Positions 10,838 through 22,600 of a stretch of DNA of 28,095 nt are shown here, in pieces. The position numbers and the translations under genes were made by a program. The stretch's first letter is position 1; each line of letters opens with the position of its first letter. The notes under the pieces are model-generated. The model did not search any database, was not told the DNA's origin, and was given only the letters and a program-made list of their open reading frames with translations. Source of the stretch: Catajapyx aquilonaris (lineage: Eukaryota). The DNA lies in NCBI GenBank assembly GCA_000934665.2, contig JYFJ02000166.1:186001-214095 (forward strand), read 5' to 3'.

Positions 10838-13800
10838 CGTCTCTCTTCTTTTTGCATCGGCGAACGGTGAGCCAAATTTCCCAATATGCAGATTTTTGCG
10901 GGTAAAATGACTGCCAATATTGCAGTATTATTGGGAGTGGCTTCGGCAGGGGAGGAAAAAAAGGGCGAAATTTTTGCACATGGCTTAATCAGGGGTTCTC
11001 CACACCAGAGTGCGCAACCACCTTTTTTTTTGCTTTTCATGTAAAAACAGTAATGCGATTTGTCTATGCCAGAAAAGGCGAACGCGTCCTCAATATGGAA
11101 AGCATACAATACAGTTCAGCAAACTTCGCAAACCGGATTGTCCTGCACTGTAAACTGCAAATCCTCCATTAAATCCTAACGCCGCTATGATCACAGTATT
11201 CACAATTATGTATTTCAAAATAAGCCTAAATATGCATTAATAATAATATTAGTTCGTACCACAGTGCGTGACCATGTAGCGAAATCCATTATTATTCTAA
11301 TTTTGATACAGTGGTAGTTCATCTTTTTATGTTAATTTCAGACATAAAATCGCCGACGCTTTCGTCCATTAAAAGTTAATGTTATTAGCACTTTTTATCC
11401 GAGTGTCAAGTCTACTGAAGCGTCAAATTCCCACGCGATTGTAACGCTCTTATACGGGGGGTCCACTCTGCTTCTGAAAGCCGCAAATAAAGTGCGTCTG
11501 CATTGACCAAAAAAGTGTCATTGTGTATATATGACGCGACATCTTTTATACCAACACGCCTTGCGGGATATCTCTTCTGAGGCCATACAAACTATCGCAA
11601 GCAATGCTCCAACAAATCCGGAGGCCTTCAGTAGCTCCATTTTTACTCCTTTTTTTGTTATCCTTCTTCTTTTACGTCCAGCCTCGGGGACTTCCATTCT
11701 TCAGGTAGCTCTTCCATCACAACCTACCGCCTGCTCCTGACACTTCCTTATTGACCACTTGTCACGTTGAAGATGCCGGGAGAAGCGATATCGATTATCC
11801 AATTCTCTGACCTTCCGATTCCTCCATCCACTGCCCACTCTATCCTTACCCCTTCTTCTTCTTCTTTAAAAAAAAACTCACCACCACCTCTCTTCTTTGT
11901 GGTCCATTCTTCGAGAGAAAAACCCTCTAGTGCTCGGCTATGCACACTTTGTAGGGCTCCAGGGAAAAATCTCTTTCGCGGCCTCCGGAACAATTAAGCT
12001 TATCCACACCTTTATACCGCTCAGGTGTGCCTTTAAAGGGCGGTGTAATTAAGCTTGGATCGTCTCCAAAATCCTGGCAACAAATGTCATCCGTTTCGTG
12101 TGCCTCGACTATCAAGTAGTGCTTCTGTGGGTTGGGAAGTATTGAGCCGAGACCTACCTTTTTCTTCTCTCAAAGTGGTGGGAGAGGAAGAAGAAAAAAA
12201 AGAGAACGATCTGGATTGGATTGCCCCATTGGCAAATGGAAAGCCTCACTTAAGCGCGTGTCGATAACCTCCCGAGATAAAGCTGCAGAAATGTCGGCAG
12301 AGTTACGTGGTTACACGCGTTAACAGATTTGCAAGATTAGACCAACATGTTACAAAAGAAGTTTGACAATTTGTTGAGAATATGGCGTTTGTTCCAGGGG
12401 GAAACTGGGGCTGATTTGCAGCAGCACTCATGTGGCTTTCCTCTCGTAAAATAATCATACGTAATTTGCGCAACAAATCAATTATAATTTAAATTTTGCA
12501 TGCAGCCCATTACAACTCCATAATTTAACCGAATCATAACAAAAAAGAAAATCACATGGATGGGACACATTGAACGCGATTACTCGTCCCTTGTGCCACG
12601 TGTTCAATGCAAAAGTATTTAGAGTATGGATGGCAAATCACTCCCCATTGACTCGAAAAGCCATGGAATCAATCAGCATTGAAAGGAAGGGGTCAGCAGC
12701 ATGTTTCCTCCAGGCACGCACAGCAGCACTGCGGCACAAAAGAAGTTTACCAAAAGTTGAACTGGGCTCGGTCTACTTAGCATCCCACGCGAAAGCCTAC
12801 TTTTCTTACGTGTCCAAATCAATCTCTGCCAACTTCCAGAGCCGTCCTTAGAATCCGTGGGTCGTGGGGGGAGAAACCGCTCCTTGATTATTACTCGTGG
12901 TAAGGCTCGCATATTTCCAATACTGAAGGAGAAGGGGCTGTGTTCGAAAGGCAGAACTCGTTCTCATTGATTATTCGACCAGAATCTGAAACTTTTTTTA
13001 AATGTATGCAGACCGTTTTCGGTTCTGGCCGCGTCCTGAAAAGAGGGGCCTAGGCAATGGTTGGGTGGAACAGCTCGTCTGTTCAGAGTGAGAGTCGACG
13101 ATAGGAAAAAAAAAATGAGTCAAATGCTAGACGCTTATAATTCCGCCCCCGAATGCAGACAAAGCCTTTGAATTCTTCTCGCTTCCCCCTCCCCCCCCCC
13201 CTCCCAATTTTTTTTTGTATGTGCATAAATCCATGATGACTACAGCAAACGCCCTGTTTAGCGAAAGAATCCATGAATAATCATTCAAATACCGACGGGT
13301 CCCCCGATTGTTCTATCCCCCCCAAATTTTACATTCAAGCGCCCCCCTGATTGTTTCAGATAGTCGCATTCGGTACTTTGCATAACCGTACCTCCGTCCC
13401 ACAAAAATTTGCAAAGCCCCACCATTGCGCATTTCTGCACTTCATATATAACCGCTCGTGTTTTAAATGCATTCGTCAAAAGGGAGTTGCAACAACAAAA
13501 AAAAGAAGAGCGAACTCAACACAGATGGGTCCGATTTGCTTCTTCCTGCTGACACATGCTATTATTATGTCTGTCAATGTTTACATACCTCATCATCCGT
13601 AATTGCATGTGAAATAATTGATTGCGCGGCATTACTTGCTCATAATGTCATGGAAATCCTGTCCGCCATTGTCACATACGGTCGGATTGATTTACGCGCC
13701 GAATTAGTTACAAACAATTATCCACAAACAAATCAGAACAAAATAATATTCATTGCGGTAATTAATCTAAACACACGGGCCAAATCCGCCCCCTAATTAA

Positions 13801-16800
13801 TCCTCGCTTTTTGCAAAAAAACATATTGAAAATCAGCAAACTCCTCCCCTGACCTCTTCGATCCCCCTTGCACCATTATAGGACGGGGTTATATTTGTGT
13901 AACCTAATTTGGAGCCGTGTAACTTTGCGAAACTTGTGTACATATACAAATTGATCGCCTGCTGCTGCGGGCAAATGTTCAACGCTTGAATTGCTGTCCA
14001 ACATGTTAAAACCCACCGGAATCTGATACGATCTGGAAAGCTCGTGATCATACTCAGCAGAATGATGGCATAAAAGACGCTGCCAGGAATCTCTAGAATA
14101 ATTTTTCTCTCTGTAAAATATACAATGCAAAATCTCTGTTACGTAATTTCCTGCCACATGCTACCTGTCCTACACGTACAAAGGGCAGCCTCCTAACCAT
14201 CACGCGTGAGATACGCCCCATAATTTATTCTCATCTGAGACAGCACAAATGAACCAAAGACTGAGTTTGAAATCTGGTATAATTTCTCAAAAGCCTTTGA
14301 AAACAAGCAATGTCCGTTTCTCTCTCGCACAACAGAGAGGGTTAGTCACTCGCTTGACTTTGAAGGGATTACAGGCCCCACATGAAATCCGACGCCATTG
14401 AGCGTGAATCTAATAGCATTTGTGTACAGCTGGCTTAGGGGCTGGCCATGTTGATGGCCTGGTGTGCAAAGCGACAAGTCTGGACCCCTTTAGAAAATAA
14501 TCTCTCTCTCTAGGACTTCGGGAAGGTTTCAAGGCGGAAGGAGAAAGACCATTGATCCCGCGCTTACTCAGACGGTGGCACTTGGCCCACTCCAAGCCTT
14601 TCGGAAGAAGTAGTAGCCCGTTCAATGGGCCTTTAATCCAATGTGGCCGCCTTCTCCCAAGAAGCATCGGCCGTCATTCTCTTCCGGTCCGGATTACGTC
14701 TGCTCCTTTGGCGCCGCCTGCCTTCAAACCACCCTCCTCCTCCTCCTTTCTCAGATCCCATCGAGAAAATGCCAGAAGAAAAGAGGCATTTACCTCTCAA
14801 AACCCACCCCCCTATTATATATAGATACGCTACAAGATTCAAGGTGGCTCGCTTCTGAACCCTCATTAGCACCCAGTGGATGTCCCGGAAATTGGCCATG
14901 GGATAAATTTAGGCAACTCGGTCCAGTTCTGCGAAACCTTCCTCTGGAAGTTACGTACCGGGTAATATCAACGCAATCTCCAGATGCAGTTCAGGGGACA
15001 GATTAATGGAGATCGTCTAGCACACTTCTCACCCACCATTTGCAGGTATTACAACCGAACTTATTACATGTCAAAATGGGTACTAATATGGTTTTATTCA
15101 ATGCTCTCCAAGAGTTACTTCTGCAGTAATATCAGATTGAATCTATAGCACAGGCGGATTGGAATACATTATGGAACTGACCACTATACGCATGCTGCAT
15201 GTAGCCTACAGACAAAAAAAAACACGCGATAGCCCCCCCATCAAAGGTAAGCAGAAACAGCAAGCAAGATTCACGCCCGAGCTGAACAATTGGAGCGTTT
15301 CCAGAAATGGGGTCGCTTTTTGGGGAGAGCCCTGGGGGGAGCCCAATGGCCTATTTCTCGCGGAGCCGGCGAATATTAAGCGAGAGCTTATCGCTCGGAC
15401 ATTAGCGCGACGCCCGGATTGTTCTGCTGCAATCAGGTATACAGCAGAGAGAGAGAGAGATGCGGAGGCTGCAGCACAGCCTCCAGCTGAGGGAAGAGCC
15501 CATCGGGGGCATTGTGGAAGCCAGGGGAATCTCATCTCCCTGCAGGCTGCTGTGCTATGCCATTGCTCCACCGTCTCTTATACACACACCAGACACTAGG
15601 TTTTCATGGGAGTAGATTAACTGCCAAGCATACCATTTTGAAGGGAAGAAAATGCCACCGGCACATTGTGCCTATTGCGTATATAACTTGCGCAATAATT
15701 GGACCCCCCATCCAGTTTCATCGGATGTTATCAGTGCTAGTAGTGCTATCAAAATATGCAATCGATCGCTTTTATTTACAAAATGATCGCCGCGTTGACC
15801 CATTTAGATAGCCCTATCCAGATGCAAAATGGGAGTTTATGCACAACGACCATTGGATTGTTCTCCCCCCCAAAAACAACCAACCAAATCAATAGGTATA
15901 GTATAGTGGGACGTCGTTAATTTTTGCATAATGAAATCAATATTCCCTCGGATAGTTTAATGCCGTTTTAATTACCGGCCGTGATTAACCCGTTCGGTTT
16001 AACAGAATGTACACTATATGCACATCCACAGGGATATCTTTTTTTTTTTTACGCGCGTGTAATTAAATGATCCCTTACAATTAACAAGCTCGTGAATTCG
16101 GTCATCACAGTCCGACTTGCCACAGTTATGACCGTCCAAGCCCATTTATGTAGCCCCCCTCCAAATTAATACGCCTGCGCTACACGGTCCGGCACTGTAG
16201 TTGGCTTTTACTCCAAGTACACTAGTTCTCCAGGTTAGAAAAGCATGCTACTGGAAGTTTGAATTGGTCTGGTCCACGACAGTTATTATCGTAATGCCCC
16301 CACGGTTCATGGAGCATACAAAATATACTTTGTCCCCCCTCCAAAAAAAAACCACAGGGTCCCGCAGAACCTTCCCATTATTATCATTTCGTGCTTTGAG
16401 TCAGTTTCGCTTTTGTTGCATGCTGTCCTCAACGCCCTTTGCTGTCTTCCTGCACACCTAGACCTGCAGAATTATTTACGGCTCCTTCATGACAGTCGAC
16501 AATTATAATGGGCGCCAATTAGCGCGGTCTGGTTTTAGCCGTCCTTTATTATAATTGGTGCTGCAATAATCAAGTGGGTCACCTGCGAGATGTTACAGGA
16601 CTCTGCTAGGCTAATTATTTTGGAGAACAATGAGCTTGGATGGTGGGGTGGGCTTTATGATCTATTGTCTTCAGGCGAGGAAACGCGACCAGGATTATGT
16701 AGCCCAATCGGGGAAATTCTGGAGCAATTTTCTCACAATATTTGGGAAATTGCTCCGCACGAGTTAACCCTTGACTAATAATATGGCGCTATATACTCTT

Positions 16801-18871
16801 CTTCTCTTTTTTTTGTTTCCACAGCTCAACCCTCCACTCGACCGGGGATTTTTTCGTTATTTTAAAAACTCTTGCTCGAATGCACGGTCCAGAGCTTACC
16901 GCAAAATGTTGTAGCAGTCCGAGAGTTTTTGACATGTTGGAAAATTGCGAGCAAGAAAACTGCGTCTGACATTAGCGGCAGTATGAAATGTGTCACAGGT
17001 CACAAAAATTCGCCCGTTCCTAAAAAAAATTATATTACACTAGAATTATTTGGCACCTGTCAAAAAGAGCGCACACAAAAAGGGCCCTGTCACTGTCATA
17101 ACCTATAGCCTTAAAAATTAATTCAATTATAACAAATTTTCACATACTTTCATTAGCGTTAACCAGCATTAGGCAGTAATGTTTAGAATTTTACAGAATG
17201 CATGCTCGGTCTCTAAACAACAAGCAGAATAATACATTTAATGCGACTAAAAATAAAACAATTTCCCATAGTAATTAACGCGTCACCTTCGTAAGCGTGT
17301 TATTAATAAATTCCTGCGGTATTTTTTTATCAATTTAGCTTAATGATATAATCAAGGAGTGTTAACCACTGTAACATTGTTGAAGGCAGTTCATTCCACA
17401 TATAAAGGGAAAAACTCGACCTACCTCTAGTGCAACAACAAAATTTGTATAAAAAGTAGCCATCGTTTTGAATAGGAAAAAATGTATGGGCACATAAACG
17501 AGCAAATCCGAGGGGCTTAGTGCCAAAGGTCGTTAGGAGATCGTCAAGTATTCGGTATATAGTGGGCGATAGCAAAAATGTGCGGGGTTAAAAGCTTCCC
17601 ATAAAAACCCAAGTATACGAGCGTTAATTCGTCCACTTTTCGCTTCCCATGTTGTTGCCCCGTGTACTTTGTAGCACATGCAGGATCATTGATTTAAAAA
17701 ATTAATGGCGATATTAATTTTTAAGCCGGAAAAACGTCACGACCATTAGTTTACACCCGTGTACAAATTCCGTAACGCGTAAATGCTGTAATTAGTGTCG
17801 TTTTTTTCCCTCTCTCTCTCCCTCCTCTTTAAAAAAACGAGCCTAATATTTCCCACTAACTGAGATTTATGAGGTTTACAAATACTACACGGAAAATTTG
17901 TGTAGTAATTAGGGTAATATGAGTCAGACCATGCGTTGCAGGCCTTGTCCAGAACTTCGCACGCTCCAAGGTTTATTTTCTTTACCCCTTCGACTATATC
18001 TTCCTATTCATTCCCCCTCCCCCAGGCGCATAATAATAACCGGCCATTAAAAGATAGGCTACAGAGAAAACTCATCTAAACGTTAATAATGCACCCATTA
18101 CCCTAAGACAAACATAATGAGGACATTTTCATGCCATCAGAGAAAAGGTCAAAAACGAGACAACAAACTTTGGTTTGTTGATCGAAACTACAAGATCCCG
18201 CTGCAATTCTCATTCTGTGAAAGTTGGACGCGGCTGGAAGGACCCATTTTAATTCAGGCAATTTCGACTCTGAATGAACTTAATCTAAAAGTTAGATATG
18301 CCAGCCCTATTGAAGAGAACTCTACTTAACAGTAAAATATCCCGAATTAGATGAGAGCGAGAGACGGAAACGAGCCTTAATTTAGTCGCCTTGCCTCCTC
18401 CCATTTTCCATTGAAATTTCTTTTTTTCTTCCTCATCATACGGAAGTAAAATTACTGTAATGAACTGAACACGAGCTAATAACATGGTCCGAGAGAGAGA
18501 GAGCGAGTAACGAGGAATGTGGGATTGAATCGTGCTATTAATGCTAGTTAAAAAACTGGAATTACTTCGAAGCTTGATGACTTCTCGAAATGTTTGAAAG
18601 GAACTTCCCCTTAATTTCTCCTCCAGGCATTCGTATATATATACATCTTTCCAACTTGTCGCGCACAAATGGCAATTTACCTGACGATCTCATTTCAGGC
18701 TGAATTAATCCCAAGGGGATTAGCACTTGAGTAAAAGGCACGACATTGGGCCCGGTTTATATATAAAAAACGCGCTGGTTAACCTGCTGGTTAATTATTT
18801 CACACGCGTCTGTTGGTTACATCCATGAATTATGTGGGCATTTTCCGGCCGACTAAAAATGTGTTACTCAC

Positions 18872-19257
18872 CACTCGTCCCTCATGTCGGGCAGGCTTCG
18901 ATGCACCGATATTTTATCACTGACGTACTGGTTGAAAGCGTTCTTCTGCCATCCTTCGTCCACCAGCTTCTTGACGTCCTCTGTCAGGTTTGTGGGCAGC
19001 ACCACTGGCTTGCCCATCTCCCCTGGGCCGTCAGGCTCCCTCGGGGGCAGAAGCACCCCGTTTCCAGTGTCGTCGTCCGGACCCCTGTTCTCCGGGCCGG
19101 CCTCCACCACCTTCTGTTTCTTCTTCTGCTTCTTGTTCCTCACTGGCGGAGCTGGAGGAACCTCCTTCTTGGCCTCCTCTCTGCCGCCAACTTCGTTCCA
19201 TCGACGGTTGTCGTCGTCCTCCAAGTCTTCCTCCTTGGACTGCCTAGCTGGCTCCAC
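18872..19257 (-). CDS. pgant9: ppGalNAc-T (pgant9-like) second coding exon: stem and start of the catalytic region
   Basis: Encodes ...DGPGEMGKPVVLPTNLTEDVKKLVDEGWQKNAFNQYVSDKISVHRSLPDMRDEW, the hallmark GALNT motifs (GPGExGKPV, FNxxxSDxISxxRxLPDxR). Acceptor ttttttgtcccaaccag|GTG; donor TG|GTGAGT, phase 2 within the Trp codon before the expected conserved Cys. Confidence 0.93.
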
Positions 19258-19319
19258 CTGGTTGGGACAAAAAAGTATGTAAGACACACTATAGGTCACT
19301 GGGACACCCGGTTACCAAC
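19258..19319 (-). other. 62-nt GT-AG intron (phase 0) in the GalNAc-T stem region
   Basis: Starts GTTGGT, has a T-rich tract and ends CAG. It contains an in-frame TGA (19296-19298), and removing it joins the two ORF-track frames seamlessly. Confidence 0.8.
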
Positions 19320-19493
19320 CTGGTTGCCCTCCAGGTGGTGTAGCTCCCGGACGGCCTTGGCTGCAACCGCCGTCTCCAGCACCTCACCACGACGGTGGTC
19401 ATTGTACATGATGACGGTCACCATCAGCCAAACCACGGGCAGCAGCAGAAGGAGCTTGTAGACTAAAGAGCGCCGTCGAAGCAGGAACGCCAT
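19320..19493 (-). CDS. pgant9: Polypeptide N-acetylgalactosaminyltransferase (GT27, pgant9-like), first coding exon: cytoplasmic tail, signal-anchor and start of stem (58 codons)
   Basis: Translates MAFLLRRRSLVYK-LLLLLPVVWLMVTVIMY-NDHRR...HHLEGNQ, a type II Golgi membrane N-terminus recalling Drosophila Pgant9 (MAFIWRRRS...). The ATG context is acaATGg and there is an in-frame upstream TGA at 19575-19577. The exon ends CAG|GTTGGT in phase 0, matching the next exon. Orthology is from memory, not a search. Confidence 0.88.
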
Positions 19494-19605
19494 TGTTTCG
19501 GATAATTGTTGAAAGGCGGCGGAAGAGCAGAGGCACTGAGGCTTGGACAGCCACGGAGACCCAGGATCAGCTCGTCATGGCGTTTGGTCTGATGATGGCA
19601 CACAC
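19494..19605 (-). other. 5' UTR part of the ATG-containing exon; implies at least one further non-coding exon upstream
   Basis: A strong 3' splice site lies just upstream on the minus strand: branch-like CTAAT (19632-19636), then ccattccttctctctgtgtgtCAG (CAG at 19606-19608). Confidence 0.7.
19567..19578 (-). promoter_or_regulatory. Minimal upstream ORF (Met-Thr-Ser-stop) in the GalNAc-T 5' UTR
   Basis: gccATG ACG AGC TGA, out of frame with the main ATG and ending 73 nt before it. It is the only upstream ATG in this UTR exon. Confidence 0.55.
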
Positions 19606-22600
19606 CTGACACACAGAGAGAAGGAATGGTCATTAGCTGGGCCCGCGGATCGTCATTATGCATTCGTCTCGCACGCTCCAAGACTAGATGGCTAGCTAGC
19701 CCGGCTCCCAGACCTCATTTCCATAACCTCAACTTTGCCCGTCCTCGATGTAAGGCCCATCCTCTAATTACCACCGCCCATCATATATAAGGTTCCGCGA
19801 GGTGCTTGACGAATGAGAAATTCCCTGCCTCTAATGCTAACACCGCTGGTGGACATGCCCTGATCTCTGTATGTACACATCTCCAGACATGACCCCTCGA
19901 GCAGGCTCTCTGGCCAAGGTCAATTTCCCACCACAGGTTCGTTAAAGGTGGGTTCACACAGGTTGGGGATCTACCAACCGCAATGACCCAACGACCCCAG
20001 CAGGCTAGCTAATATCACACAAAATGTACAATTAAAATAATTTTGGTACTGACGTAATTACCCTTATTAAATTAGCGGCATTCTTTAAATCTGTTGCATT
20101 AATATATTGTGACGTCAATCCCCAATTAAGATTACCGCTACTTTAGGCATGTGGGCCCGACTGGTACAGTTTCCAACCCTGAGAATAACACAGAGAAATT
20201 CTAACCTAAATTTCTCTGTTACAATTACAATTTCTCCGACACTAAATGCTGACAACCATTAAGATTTTTTTTAAAACTTGCTCCACCCGTAAGAAGAAAA
20301 CCGACCATACAATATCCGCCGACACTTACCGGTACTTGTTCCTATACGCACAGAACCGGAGAGTAATATCCAAGTTCATGGCAAGAGCGATAAATTCCAA
20401 CTACTGTACCAGGTATCACTGTAGTAAAAGCTTTCTTGTGTCGCAATACATCAGGATTTCTCTGCAGTTCTCTGCAGGTTACTCACCAAGAAACGTGTAA
20501 CTATTCGTCAAAATGGCCCTTTTGCACTGAATGCGGAAAGAATTTGAATGCAACTCTTTTTACAGCGACTGACACACACAAAAAAAGTCACACAAAAATT
20601 TTATTTTTACGTTCTCGAAAGTCTCCTAACCGTAATTGTACCATCCAGCTTTTGACGTCCGTTTTTTATTCGGCCAGAAAATTATTATTTTCGCCTGCAG
20701 TTTCAATCAATGATCTGCGCAATCAATTTTCACTTAGGGGGGGTTGCCAGACTCGTAACCTTTTTACCCCACAGGAAAAGAACCTCCTGCCATTTTTTCC
20801 CCCTCCAATTCAGAACGGAAAAAGCTCACCAGGATTTTTTGATGGCGGCTATAAGAGGTCGTCATGCAGGCCTCTCTGGTGTCATATTAAGCGAGCGCCA
20901 TTTTTTTACAGAACGTAATAAAAGCTTCTCTCTTTTTTTCATAAAAAAATTGCGCACTTGTAAAATACTTGTACAGCCTTCCCTTTCAGAATAACCAACT
21001 TTCCATTCAGGGTCGGAACCTGTCACTCTATTTTAAACATGGGGATAGAGAATTGAAACATAGGTAACCGCTCCATTAGCACCGCAACTTTTTTTTATAT
21101 AAAAAAAAGGCACGGATTAGTATGCGTAACGAGGACGTCAAATTAACCACCTGATGGAATCGATACGACCTCACGAGAGCATGCGCCCGGATTCTAGAGG
21201 ATATAACTTTATACCGTCGATATTCCACCAGTAACTTTTTGGTCCGGAATAAAAAAAAAGTAATGCGGATGACATCCCTCGGAAATCCTAACGGAAACAT
21301 CAGGCCTTCCTACTCAAAGAATCGGCCAACATCTGCCGCTGAAAAGTCATCCTCCTCATCCCTTTTCAAGTTGGTAGAAAAATCGTGAAAGAAAAACAAG
21401 GTCCCCATGATATTCTTGGCACCCGAAAATCGAGCACCTACCTTTTTCCCGGGTAGAATATATAGAGTAGAAAAATGCCCGTAGCGGGTTAAAAAAAAGC
21501 GGTTGCTTTGCGCCCGCGACTCTGATTTGTGATGGCCCACTGCGGCGGATGCCAATTCCACGCAGGCTAAATGGAAGGCAAAACTCGGGCTCTTTTTTTA
21601 GTAGGAGATATACACACACACGGTGGCACATACGACAATGTCCCAGCTCTTTGTTTCATTTTTGCACAGAATGTCGCATTTTTGCACAGATCCTTTCGTT
21701 GGAGAACAGAATCTTGTAATAATCGCGATTTTATGACCCACCGTGTCCTCAAGTCATGATTGCATGTTTCCAGGCCTCCTAGGTGTGTACACCCGGCTCT
21801 AATTAAAACAACGCTGAAAATTTCGGGCCGTCCAAAAACATGCTAGCGTTGCGTGTACGTCCTACAACTTTTTTGGAGGAGGAAAATAGTCGTGTGGTCA
21901 CTACCCGTCCTGTTTCTGCACGCTTCCTTCTATGCAATTATGGTGCACAACACTAGTGAGAATCGGAAATTAAATTGGAAGCCATTCACCTGATGGTCAA
22001 GACAGGTTTCGGCTGCCAGGTCAGTGCTGAAAAGATGATCATACGCCGTACTTTCTCATGGAGACCCCCTGACCGAAATTCCTTTCTCTGTGAGAGTCTT
22101 ATGTGTGTGTGTATACCCTCAGGGTTCTACTTTTTGTGTGTGTGTGCGCACTTGCTGGCTCAGGTAATGAGGATGAGCCATCGAATGTGGCGCCCTTGGT
22201 TCTCGATGGGTTCTATTGTGTGCGAATGGGGACGTGCACTTTCACGCTCGACAGTGCTAAATGGCGATGATTACCAGAAGCAATACCGTCCTTCGGGAGC
22301 CACTTTCATAACCCAGACATTAGGCAAATAATACTGCGAAAGTAGCACCTGTGCTGGTCGCCACTGGTCAAGTTCCGCTCACAAAATGTTAACAAATTGC
22401 TAGAGGAGCTAATATTATATATGCAACGCGTTATTTTGATGCCCGATATCGCACTAACAATTAATAATGCAACGTGGGCCTGATTGCCTCCTGAAACCCT
22501 AACCAAGTTTGTGCACACCCTCTGGTGTAGTATAGGGTTTTCTCCCAATCTCTCCGGCTCATTCCCTGGGCCAAGTGATGCTGGAGGGAGAGGCTCTCTC

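Larger units (their letters stand above)
1..18871 (-). other. Probable very large intron (>18.8 kb, open at the window edge) of the GalNAc-T gene
   Basis: Begins with canonical GTGAGT at 18871. No ORF carries the expected LPxxSVIIxFHNEAWS motif, and the AG|G-TGY candidates I checked (about 2557, 16455, 17055) do not translate into GT27 sequence. Confidence 0.7.

Noticed and set aside
18832..19461. 209-aa and overlapping plus-strand ORFs
   Set aside because: Antisense shadows of the GC-rich GalNAc-T exons with no recognisable domain.
19463..19681. 72-aa minus-strand ORF overlapping the GalNAc-T start
   Set aside because: It crosses the predicted splice acceptor at 19606 and is out of frame with the CDS.
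19693..20011. tagctagcc/ggctagcta inverted pair and an internal ttaaaggtgggttcacac TIR-like word
   Set aside because: The match is short and self-palindromic, and there is no partner for the internal word.
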